A stretch of 64,000 nt of DNA from an uncultured delta proteobacterium (lineage in GTDB: Bacteria > Desulfobacterota > BSN033 > UBA1163): contig CAVPSJ010000012.1 of NCBI GenBank assembly GCA_963708295.1, forward strand, positions 128,001 through 192,000, given 5' to 3'. This document shows, piece after piece, positions 1 through 8,690 of this stretch; position 1 is the first letter of the stretch; each line of letters begins with the position of its first letter. The position numbers were made by a program, and so were the translations under genes. The notes beneath the pieces are model-generated. The model was given only the letters and a program-made list of their open reading frames with translations, had not been told where the DNA came from and did no database searches.

Positions 1-321
1 GAAGACAAGAAACGTTCCGGAGAGAATCCAGAAGAAAATACGGAAGGATTCTACTTCGAGAAAGAGCGCTCCCATGAAGGAACAGGCGATCATCAACGCC
101 AGGACGATACTCCAGGCGGCCCCACGTCTTGTTCTCCGGGTGATGATGGCCTGGATATCGGAGAAGTAGAAGCGTTTGTAATCCTCGGAGAAGCCATTGC
201 TATCCACCGCAAGGATATGGTCATTTCCCAGGTAGAGCGAACATCTGGAGAGTGAGACGGTAATGAAACCTCTTCTGCGGGGGCCTCTTCCCGGAAGTCG
301 CTTGTATTGGGTTTGTGCCAT
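1..321 (-). CDS. Hypothetical membrane protein, runs off the window start
   Basis: Hand translation from ATG at 321 is open to base 1 (MAQTQYKRLPGRG...SEDYKRFYFSDIQAII... then two hydrophobic segments). Not in the ORF track; follows the B-box gene in the same operon. Confidence 0.75.
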   Translation of the reverse strand, partial: MAQTQYKRLPGRGPRRRGFITVSLSRCSLYLGNDHILAVDSNGFSEDYKRFYFSDIQAIITRRTRRGAAWSIVLALMIACSFMGALFLEVESFRIFFWILSGTFLVF

Positions 322-333
322 CCATGCTTGTAT

Positions 334-904
334 TCACCGCCTCGAGACGAAATAGACGATGCCAGTGGTCCACGCGAGGATCTGGAGGCCGGAAATGACT
401 ATTGCCAGAATGAAGCGGACCTTGGTCCGCTTGACAACACTCATGGGTGAATTCCAATGCCGGATGGAAAGATAGATGGCGACAGGGGCTGTGACTATTG
501 TAAACCAGACTGTGATTATTGGGAACAAGGCGAGCCTGAGCGCAACGCCGTCATAGAGCACCCGATGACGGTCAAGGTTGATGATCCTGCCTTTTTTCTT
601 CCCTGTTTCCAGACAGGCCGGACAGAGGTGCTTCCCGCCCAATTCCACGTCGCAGAGGGCGCACAGGAATCGCCCGCAATGGTCGCAAGGGAGGACGGCC
701 TTTTTTTTGGGATGGTAATAGCAGCTCGCCTGGTCATCGATCAGCGCCTCTCCTTCCTTTCCCGGCTGAAGACCTCGAAAAAGGGCCGGAAACACATCGA
801 TTGTAATCGGCGCATGACAGGATGGACATGGGATAAGATCCGGAGTGTTATAGTACCCCGGAGGAATCGAGCGTATGACAGTGTGTGCAGGAGATTTCTT
901 CCAT
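334..904 (-). CDS. Zn-ribbon/B-box zinc-finger membrane protein (one apparent frameshift near 870)
   Basis: ORF 334..795 has CYYH..CDHCGRFLCALC..CPAC plus two TM segments. The upstream MEEISCTHCHT (ATG 904) joins IPPGYYNTPDLIPCPSCH if one base is removed near 870. Confidence 0.65.
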
Positions 905-909
905 TGATC

Positions 910-1745
910 CTAGGCTTTCACGACCCTCGTATCGCAGATGCGATCATGGAGCGCCCGTTTTTCCTCATCGAAAGCCACCATGATGTAGCCAATGCAAAGA
1001 ATGATAGAGCTGAGCAAGTTCTGCAAAGAACCTGCCGCAGGCCCGGCCATAGGTGATCTTCTCACCGTCCGGTCTCACGACCTTGAGACCGCATGCCATT
1101 TTCCCAGGGGTGGCGCTGTATTTGCCGAGGAAATAGGTGACGTAGGCAACGCTAAGGGCAAGGGAAGAGACGTTCTGGATGATGGCGACTCCGATGCCTG
1201 TGCCTTATCACTGAAATTTCCAAAAATCCGAGAACAAATCCGACGACACCGAGGATGATTCCGTCGATGAATTCTGGCTCCAACGCGGATCCAGAATCCG
1301 GCATACACCATTTCTCCCGCAACGGTCACACCCTCCTTCAGCTTCTGCACAAACAGCGGTTTGCACTTACCGCACACCAAAGCATCACCGAATTGGATGA
1401 GTTCATCGTCAAAATACACCATTCCGCATTGGCTGCAGTTTTTCGCCGTCCTCGACGTTCGACCTTCTGAAGGACCATTGGAGGGAATCTGAAAGAGGTC
1501 TTCTGATGGAATGTCTAAATTCAATTCTAATGCGGCCCTTGGGGAGACTTGTGAAAGCGCATTTGAAAAAGCCCTCGGAGGGGGGGCTTCGGAAGAGTCC
1601 TTGAGGAGGGAGGACTTGAAGGAGGTCTCGGAGAAGCTCTTCGAGGAGCCTCCGAGGGAGCTTCGAGAACGGCGCCACAGGCCTTGCAGGTGGCACTAGG
1701 CAATTGCGTCAACCCACACTTAGAGCATTTTGCACCGTATAGCAT
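910..1745 (-). CDS. RDD family membrane protein with N-terminal Zn ribbons (several apparent frameshifts)
   Basis: Pieces in different frames: CSKC..CKAC, CSQC..CGKC, YAGFWIRVGA, ATPGKMACGLKVV, ALHDRICDTRVVKA-stop (TAG 910-912). These are typical RDD motifs. Confidence 0.7.
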
Positions 1746-1890
1746 GTTTCAACACCTCTCTCTCATTGAATTGTCTGGTTCCCGTTAGTCGACTTTATTC
1801 TTTCTCCTCGCGCGGAAAGCAGCGAATTTTTTTAACCGGGTCAACGGATTCTTGATCTCCACCGCTGACCAAATCGACTCACTGAACAAA

Positions 1891-1905
1891 GCAATTCCGA
1901 TGCCA
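1891..1905 (-). promoter_or_regulatory. Sigma-54 (-24/-12) promoter for the RDD operon
   Basis: Minus strand TGGCATCGGAATTGC matches TGGCAC-N5-TTGC with exact GG/GC spacing; an AT-rich tract lies upstream. Confidence 0.7.
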
Positions 1906-2317
1906 ACAGGATTTTATTTAACAATTTCAAATAATTGTGTTTAGTTGAATGTACAAGAAAGCCAAAAGTGGAAAATTTTTTGCCATTCTCGCCAAAGAAT
2001 GTCCAAAAATGTGTAATAGCAAAGAAATCATATAGATAGAGTACTAATATCGTCAATCATCGAAGGCGTTTTGGAGATAGACGGACAAACTATGTTTTCA
2101 CCACGGGCGTCGTCCCCTGTCTGTGACGGGCAGAGGCGATTCAGACATGGACTTGAGGGAAGGGAACGGGCTAGAAGAATTCCTAAAAATACCCTTAGAT
2201 TTTCAATGAAATACAGTAAATCCCCCATTTACGATATCAGCCTTTTTCTCGTAGTGTACAAGGAGTACAAACAAAAACCTTTCGGGTCGTCGAATACCTG
2301 GGCTGTTCCTGATAAGA

Positions 2318-3127
2318 ATGAAAACACCACTCGCCATAAAAATCTCGATTTTACTCATGGGAGTTATTTTTTCCTACGGCCCTCTCTATGCTCATGTGGA
2401 GCAATCAAAAGATCTTTCCGGAATCGGAATCGACGAGAAGCTGGGTCAATTTGTCCCTCTTGACCTGACCTTTAATGACGAATTCGGCAACCCGGTTATC
2501 CTCAAGCAATTGATTCACACACCCATCATTCTTGCCCCTGTCTATTTGCACTGCCCCAATGTCTGCAGTCTTCTACTGCAGAACCTGGCGGACGTTTTGG
2601 ACAAATTACCGGCTGAACCGGACAAAGAATACAGCGTGATTTCAGTCAGTTTTGATGAAACAGAAAAGCCGGAACTCGCCCTTGAGAAGAAGAGAACTTA
2701 TTTGAAAATGATCCGAAAACCCTTCTCTGAAGACGCCTGGAGGTTTTTGACTGGAGACAAAGAGACTATTCACGAGCTGACGGATGCCATTGGATTCCAT
2801 TTCAAGAGAGTGGGGCAAGATTTTGAACACCCCGTGGCTTTAATCATTCTTGCCCCTGATGGAAAGATCATCCGCTACATGTACGGGGCGGATCCCCTCC
2901 CCTTTGACCTGAAGATGGCCGTCGCTGAAGCTTCCCAGGGGAAGATCGGCCCTGCCATCAGCAAGGTTGTTCGATTCTGCTTCCGTTACGATCCTAAGGC
3001 CAATAAACTCGTGTTTAATACGTTGAAAGTGACCGGAACCGTCACCCTGATTTTTGCGTTATCCTTTATCGTGTTTCTTCTTTTCAAAGGCAAGAAACAG
3101 CAGACTCAACAGGAGCAACAGGAATGA
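2318..3127 (+). CDS. SCO/SenC family copper chaperone
   Basis: CPNVC motif, later conserved His (FEHP), signal peptide and C-terminal TM; first gene of the cox operon. Confidence 0.9.
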   Translation: MKTPLAIKISILLMGVIFSYGPLYAHVEQSKDLSGIGIDEKLGQFVPLDLTFNDEFGNPVILKQLIHTPIILAPVYLHCPNVCSLLLQNLADVLDKLPAEPDKEYSVISVSFDETEKPELALEKKRTYLKMIRKPFSEDAWRFLTGDKETIHELTDAIGFHFKRVGQDFEHPVALIILAPDGKIIRYMYGADPLPFDLKMAVAEASQGKIGPAISKVVRFCFRYDPKANKLVFNTLKVTGTVTLIFALSFIVFLLFKGKKQQTQQEQQE

Positions 3128-4761
3128 CATCAACCGGAGCGGCGGAGAGCATTCGTCCAAGGACCAGTTTTTATCAAGACCACGGCCGATATCGCGGAAT
3201 CCTTTCATGGGTTCTCACCTCAGACCACAAAAGAATCGGCCTTCTTTACTTTATTTTTGTCATCGCCTTCTTTTTTAGTGGAGTGGTCCTGGGATTCTTC
3301 ATGCGCCTGGAGATGATTGCCCCCGGAGGGGCCATCATGAAACCCCGGACATACAATTCTCTTTTTACGTTGCACGGGATCATCATGATCTTTCTGGTCG
3401 TCATCCCTGCGATTCCGACCATTTTTGGGAATTTTTTTCTTCCGATTCAAATCGGGGCCAGAGATGTTGCCTTCCCGAGAATCAATCTTTTATCCTGGTG
3501 GCTCTATATTTCCGGGGCAGCGATTGTCGCCCTCTCCGTCTTCACCGGCGACGGACCTCCTGATACAGGGTGGACATTCTATGCGCCGTACAGCCTAAGG
3601 ACCACGGTCAATGTCCCCCTTGCGGTTTCTGGTGTCTTTGTTTTGGGCATGTCCTCGATTTTGACGGGTATCAACCTCGTAACAACCACCCACAGACTGA
3701 GGGCTCCCGGAATGACCTGGAAGCGTCTCCCTCTCTTTGTGTGGGCGATTTACGCGACGTCATGGGTTCAAATTCTTGCCACTCCGGTGATCGGGATTAC
3801 CATGGTACTGATTTTCCTCGAGCGATTCTTTGGAGTGGGGGTATTTGACCCGGCCAAGGGAGGCGATCCCATCCTTTACCAGCATATGTTCTGGATCTAC
3901 TCCCATCCAGCCACTTACATTATGATCCTTCCGGCCATGGGAATCGTCTCGGATGTGGTCCCGGTGTTTGCCAGGAAAAAGATTTTTGGATATATGGCAA
4001 TCGCTCTCTCGGGGATAGCGATCGCCGCCGTGGGATCGCTCGTCTGGGGCCATCATATGTTTGTCAGCGGGCAGAGTGATTTTGCCAACCTCCTCTTCTC
4101 CCTTCTCACTTTCTTGGTGGCCGTTCCCAGTGCGATCAAAGTCTTCAATTGGGTCGCTACTCTCCATAAAGGCTCCATCGTCCTTGAACCCCCTCTCCTG
4201 TATTGTCTCTCCTTCATCTTTCTCTTTTCGATTGGTGGACTGACAGGCTTGATCCAGGGGGCCCTGGCTCCGAATGTCCACCTCCACGATACTTATTGGA
4301 TCCCGGCCCATTTTCATTACATCATCTTCGGCGGGATGGGATTCGGTCTCTTTGCAGCTTTTCACTACTGGTTCCCCAAGATGTTCGGCCGGATGTATAA
4401 CCGAAAAACAGCAAGAATGGCATGGGTCATCATGTTCGTCGGATTTAACATCTTCTATTTCTCCATGCTCCTTCTGGGCTGGCAGGGGATGCCGCGGAGA
4501 TATTACGACTATCTCCCTCAATTCCGGACCCTCCATCTGACAGCGACCTTCGGTTCCTGGATTCTCATCGCTGGGCTGATTGTCATGTTTGCCAATCTTT
4601 TCCGTGGACTCTTTAAGGGTGAAAAGGCAGAAGACAACCCCTGGGGCGCAGCGACGCTCGAATGGCAAATTCCCTCCCCGCCCCCAACAGAGAACTTTGA
4701 AAAAATTCCGGTCATCCAACACGGCCCCTATGATTTTAAGGAGTTTTCTAGAAATGGATGA
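3124..4761 (+). CDS. ctaD: Cytochrome c oxidase subunit I, A2-type heme-copper oxygen reductase
   Basis: TSDHKRIG, LHG (low-spin heme His), GWTFYAP, FWIYSHPATY (YS motif and cross-link Tyr), WGHHMF, AHFHY, GMPRRY. Confidence 0.97.
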   Translation: MTSTGAAESIRPRTSFYQDHGRYRGILSWVLTSDHKRIGLLYFIFVIAFFFSGVVLGFFMRLEMIAPGGAIMKPRTYNSLFTLHGIIMIFLVVIPAIPTIFGNFFLPIQIGARDVAFPRINLLSWWLYISGAAIVALSVFTGDGPPDTGWTFYAPYSLRTTVNVPLAVSGVFVLGMSSILTGINLVTTTHRLRAPGMTWKRLPLFVWAIYATSWVQILATPVIGITMVLIFLERFFGVGVFDPAKGGDPILYQHMFWIYSHPATYIMILPAMGIVSDVVPVFARKKIFGYMAIALSGIAIAAVGSLVWGHHMFVSGQSDFANLLFSLLTFLVAVPSAIKVFNWVATLHKGSIVLEPPLLYCLSFIFLFSIGGLTGLIQGALAPNVHLHDTYWIPAHFHYIIFGGMGFGLFAAFHYWFPKMFGRMYNRKTARMAWVIMFVGFNIFYFSMLLLGWQGMPRRYYDYLPQFRTLHLTATFGSWILIAGLIVMFANLFRGLFKGEKAEDNPWGAATLEWQIPSPPPTENFEKIPVIQHGPYDFKEFSRNG

Positions 4762-5374
4762 GGCGAAAACACTCGTTCTTGAAGAGACCAGGGAGCATAC
4801 CAGCGCAAAATTGGGCATGTGGCTTTTCATCCTGTCCGAGCTTCTTCTCTTCGGGGGGATGTTCATTCTCTATTCTGCGTACCGGTATAAAAACCCGGTC
4901 GATTTTCATCATGCCTCGCGGGAGCTTGAGGTTCTTCTCGGAACCCTCAACACCATCATCCTCCTGACGAGCAGTTTAAGCATGGCCGCTTCCATTTCGG
5001 CCCTTCAGAGAGGACAGCGTCAATTATCCATGGTCTTGTTGGTGGTCACGATGGCCCTTGGCCTTCTGTTTCTCGTCGACAAGGGCTTTGAATGGGGGAC
5101 GAAGATTGAACATGGTATTTATCCGAATTCTCCGACCCTTTTGGCCCGCGCGAATGGCGAGATTCTCTTCTACGGCCTTTATTACGTGATGACAGGACTC
5201 CATGGGCTCCATGTCCTCGTGGGAGTCTGCGTTCTTTTTGGGATGCTGATGCTCATTGCAAAAGACAGGATAAACCAGACGCGTTTCGCCTCCCTGGAAA
5301 ACGCCGGATTGTACTGGCACCTGGTCGATATCATCTGGATCTTTCTGTACCCCCTGTTCTATTTGATTACGTAA
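4754..5374 (+). CDS. coxC: Cytochrome c oxidase subunit III
   Basis: GMWLFILSELLLF, TGLHGLHV, LYWHLVDIIW; ATG 4754 overlaps the subunit I stop. Confidence 0.95.
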   Translation: MDEAKTLVLEETREHTSAKLGMWLFILSELLLFGGMFILYSAYRYKNPVDFHHASRELEVLLGTLNTIILLTSSLSMAASISALQRGQRQLSMVLLVVTMALGLLFLVDKGFEWGTKIEHGIYPNSPTLLARANGEILFYGLYYVMTGLHGLHVLVGVCVLFGMLMLIAKDRINQTRFASLENAGLYWHLVDIIWIFLYPLFYLIT

Positions 5375-5426
5375 TACCCCACCCTCCTTGAGAGACGGGG
5401 CATCATGGGGATGGAGGGTAAATATG

Positions 5427-5471
5427 GATGGGACAGGTGGTCAACTTTGTCAGCTGACCACCTGTCCCATC
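5427..5471. repeat. Perfect 17-bp inverted repeat in the coxC-coxD spacer
   Basis: GATGGGACAGGTGGTCA (5427-5443), 11-nt loop, TGACCACCTGTCCCATC (5455-5471). Confidence 0.85.
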
Positions 5472-5762
5472 TTGCAACGAAAGTGTAATGAAGATAGAGT
5501 GGGAGAATTCCAAGAAACGGGGCAGGCAGACGGGTGAAAAAGCTTTAGAGCGCAACCTTATTAAATATGACACTCACGGAAGCAAGCCATGCAAAAATTC
5601 ACTTTCTCGCAACAGAGACAATGACCCCTCACATTAAACGCGCGCATTCTAAAGCTTTGGAATCCGGCTGTCTGTTCCGTTTTTCCCCTCCTCTGCTCGA
5701 TTGCGGCATAATCTCTGAGCAAAAGAGAGAATAGTGGAATCTTGAGAGGGAACGGAGCGAAG

Positions 5763-6041
5763 ATGGTGAAGTATCGAACCTATCTCCTGGTCTGGGTGGG
5801 TCTGGTCATCCTGACAGGATTGACATTTAGCGTTGCAGGGAGGGAACTCGGCGGCTGGACCGTTCTCGTCGCTTTGGCGATCGCAGGGACGAAGTCCGGA
5901 CTGGTCCTAAACTATTTCATGCACCTCCGTTCCGAAAGACTCCTCATCTTCAGAGTGCTCATCCCCCTGGTCATGGCCGTTTTCCTCATATTCATCCTCC
6001 TGACCTTTGCAGACCTGGCCTTTCGAGGTGACGTAAAATGA
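5763..6041 (+). CDS. Cytochrome c oxidase subunit IV
   Basis: Three TM helices with K..LV..YFMHL motif; position in the cox operon. Confidence 0.9.
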   Translation: MVKYRTYLLVWVGLVILTGLTFSVAGRELGGWTVLVALAIAGTKSGLVLNYFMHLRSERLLIFRVLIPLVMAVFLIFILLTFADLAFRGDVK

Positions 6042-6955
6042 ATTTCCTGGGATCGACAGGTTTATCAGGCAGGGTAGTAGACAACGTCTTTCTCTATATT
6101 CTCATCATCTGCGTTTTCCTCCTGGGGCTCATCACCTTCTTGATGATTTACTTCGTGATCCGCTACCGGCGGGAAAGACACCCTACGCCGGCGGATATCG
6201 AAGGGAGCACCTGGCTGGAAATTACCTGGACGGTCATACCGACGCTGATCGTTCTCACCATGTTCTATTATGGACTGACCGGCTTCGAATTCTTAAAGAA
6301 GGTCCCCGAGGGGGCAATGGTGGTCAACGTGATGGCCCGCCAGTGGTCCTGGCTCTTTCAGTACGAGAATGGGATCCAGGACACGAAGTTGACGGTTCCG
6401 GTAGGAAAACCTGTCAAACTCCTCCTGAGGTCGCAGGACGTCATCCACGGCTTTTATGCGCCCGCTTTCCGGATCAAACAGGATAGCGTCCCGGGAATGA
6501 CGAACACCTTATGGTTTCAGCCGACCGAAGTAGGAACGTATGATGTGATGTGTTCACAGTATTGCGGGCTCGAGCATTCCCACATGCTTTCAAAAATTAT
6601 GGTTCTTCCCCAGGAAGAGTTCACAAAGTGGTACCAGGGAAAGGGGGCAGAAATGGCGGTAAAGGGCCCTCCCCCGGGATCGCAACTCTACCAGGTTAAA
6701 GGGTGTGTCGCCTGCCACAGCACCGATGGAAGTCCCCGGGTCGGCCCGACTTTCAAGGGACTTCTTGGAAAGAAGGAGGCGGTCACCAGCGGAGGGAAGA
6801 AGGAGATCCTGGTGGTGGATGAGGCTTTCATCCGGAAATTCATATTAGAGCCCAACATGGTCCACATTGAAGGATATCCTCCCATCATGCCCAAAATAAG
6901 CATGACCGACCAGGAGCTCGCGGCACTGGTCGACTATATAAAAAGCTTGAAGTGA
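6038..6955 (+). CDS. coxB: Cytochrome c oxidase subunit II with C-terminal heme c domain
   Basis: LEITWT, QWSW, CuA site DVIH...CSQYCGLEHSHM, and CVACH...MP. Confidence 0.95.
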   Translation: MNFLGSTGLSGRVVDNVFLYILIICVFLLGLITFLMIYFVIRYRRERHPTPADIEGSTWLEITWTVIPTLIVLTMFYYGLTGFEFLKKVPEGAMVVNVMARQWSWLFQYENGIQDTKLTVPVGKPVKLLLRSQDVIHGFYAPAFRIKQDSVPGMTNTLWFQPTEVGTYDVMCSQYCGLEHSHMLSKIMVLPQEEFTKWYQGKGAEMAVKGPPPGSQLYQVKGCVACHSTDGSPRVGPTFKGLLGKKEAVTSGGKKEILVVDEAFIRKFILEPNMVHIEGYPPIMPKISMTDQELAALVDYIKSLK

Positions 6956-7881
6956 GGGAGAACGTGAGGACAACCGCCATCCATGTGAGAGGCATCTTCG
7001 GTCACCCAATCTACCTAACGAGAGAGTGTGCCAGTCTATTTCTTCAGCTCACAAAGATAAAAATCTCTCTCCTTGCCACCCTCTCGACGGCCACAGGGTA
7101 TCTTCTCGCAACGGGAAGGATCACGATTCACATGCTTGTGCCAACGGCAGCCGTTTTCCTTCTCGCCTGCGGCTCCTGTGCCCTCAATCAATATCAGGAA
7201 AGCGAAATAGACCAACGGATGGAAAGGACAAAATCGAGGCCCATCCCTTCCGGAAGGCTGGATCCTGAGACGGCCCTCTGGATCTCACTAAGCTTGATTC
7301 TTTCAGGGGCTCTCACCCTCTTTTTCGGAGCCGGGGACCTGGCATTGGCTTTAGGTCTTTTTGCTGTTCTCTGGTACAATATAATCTATACGCCTCTCAA
7401 GCAGAAAACGGCCTTTGCGGCCGTTCCGGGCGCTCTGGTCGGAGCGATACCGCCTGCCCTGGGATGGGTCGCAGGAGGGGGAGAGATATTCGATCCCAGG
7501 ATAGGAGGGGTCGCGCTCTTCTTCTTCATCTGGCAGATCCCTCATTTCTGGATTCTCCTGCTAGTTGCTTCAAAAGATTACGAGAACGCCGGGCTTCCTT
7601 CCATCACAAGAATCTTTTCGACGGAACAGATCAAAGGAATCATTTTTATCTGGCTTTTGTCTACAGGAGTTTCATCTCTTATCTTTCCTTTATTCGGCTT
7701 TTTGAATTCCTTCATTTTCTATATGTTATTAACGGCCGCAGTGTTTTGGCTCTTTTGGAGTGCCACCATTTTTTTAAGGTCTCATGATGATAAAGACTCG
7801 GTGAGGGCCACCTTCATCAAATTGAATATTTTTGCCGTCTTCGCCATCTCACTCCTTTCCGTTGACAGATTGTTGAGTTGA
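6952..7881 (+). CDS. cyoE: Protoheme IX farnesyltransferase (heme o synthase)
   Basis: LNQY.E.EIDQRMERTKSRPIPSG, YTPLK, FIWQIPHFW (UbiA family). Confidence 0.93.
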   Translation: MRENVRTTAIHVRGIFGHPIYLTRECASLFLQLTKIKISLLATLSTATGYLLATGRITIHMLVPTAAVFLLACGSCALNQYQESEIDQRMERTKSRPIPSGRLDPETALWISLSLILSGALTLFFGAGDLALALGLFAVLWYNIIYTPLKQKTAFAAVPGALVGAIPPALGWVAGGGEIFDPRIGGVALFFFIWQIPHFWILLLVASKDYENAGLPSITRIFSTEQIKGIIFIWLLSTGVSSLIFPLFGFLNSFIFYMLLTAAVFWLFWSATIFLRSHDDKDSVRATFIKLNIFAVFAISLLSVDRLLS

Positions 7882-7956
7882 TGATTTTGAAGTGATGCGG
7901 CATCGGTGGCCGATTTTGACTTGACAGATTTGGAAGCTTGCGAATAGACTGAAACT

Positions 7957-8508
7957 ATGAAGAAGAAAGTCGCTTTTCTCGTGGCGGTGGTCCTCGTGCT
8001 TCTTCTTGCCACGGTTGCATGGTTTCGCTTCCGGGTTCCGACGAAATCCCTTCTTTTCTCCGTTTTCCCAATTTTGAGAAGTGAGCCTGTCGATCAACCT
8101 ATCCGCTTCAGTCATATTCACCATAAGGAAGTCGCCAAGTTGGACTGCATTTTTTGCCATCGATATGTTGGCGAATATCGTGCCGCAGGGATCCCGAACA
8201 TAGAACTCTGCCGAATCTGTCATTCTAGCGATGCAATCAGTAAGAGACCCGAGGCATTAAAAGTGGTTGAATATGTCAAGGCGGGGAGAAGGATTCCGTG
8301 GAACCGAATGTACGAGCTTCCTAAATTTGTCGTCTTTCCTCACTGGGTCCATATCCAAAGTCAAATTGACTGTTCCACCTGTCACGGGGTTACCGGCATC
8401 AGTGATGTCCCTGTCAGGATGGTTGACCGAATATATATGGAGTGGTGCGTGGATTGCCACAAGAGGAGAGAAGCGGATACGGATTGTTATACATGCCACT
8501 CGAGTTAA
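7957..8508 (+). CDS. Membrane-anchored pentaheme cytochrome c (ActA/QrcA-like)
   Basis: N-terminal TM, QPIRFSH, five CxxCH motifs (CIFCH, CRICH, CSTCH, CVDCH, CYTCH). Confidence 0.9.
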   Translation: MKKKVAFLVAVVLVLLLATVAWFRFRVPTKSLLFSVFPILRSEPVDQPIRFSHIHHKEVAKLDCIFCHRYVGEYRAAGIPNIELCRICHSSDAISKRPEALKVVEYVKAGRRIPWNRMYELPKFVVFPHWVHIQSQIDCSTCHGVTGISDVPVRMVDRIYMEWCVDCHKRREADTDCYTCHSS

Positions 8509-8523
8509 GCGCAGAGAGATATG

Positions 8524-8655
8524 GAAGCACCAAATCCCAAGCACCAAATTTCAAATAAATTCCAATCACCCAAATTCGAAACAAAATCTGTTTTGGTCAT
8601 TTGAAATTCGAAATTGGAGCTTATTTGGGATTTGGAATTTGTGATTAGGGATTTT
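8524..8655. repeat. About 125-bp quasi-palindromic heptamer-repeat element, copy 1
   Basis: AAGCACC/AAATCCC/AAATTTC units mirrored by GGGATTT/GGAATTT units; near reverse-complement copy at 17508-17629. Confidence 0.85.
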
Positions 8656-8690
8656 AGACCCAATACTCTGTGCAGATTTAGATTAGGGCG

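Noticed and set aside
3124-4761. Nitric oxide reductase interpretation of subunit I
   Set aside because: The cross-link Tyr, YS motif, CuB histidines and subunits II-IV with a CuA site all fit an A2 oxygen reductase.
3760-4866. 368-aa antisense ORF, and the many other overlapping track ORFs
   Set aside because: Shadow frames of well-supported genes on the opposite strand or in another frame, with no recognisable motifs.
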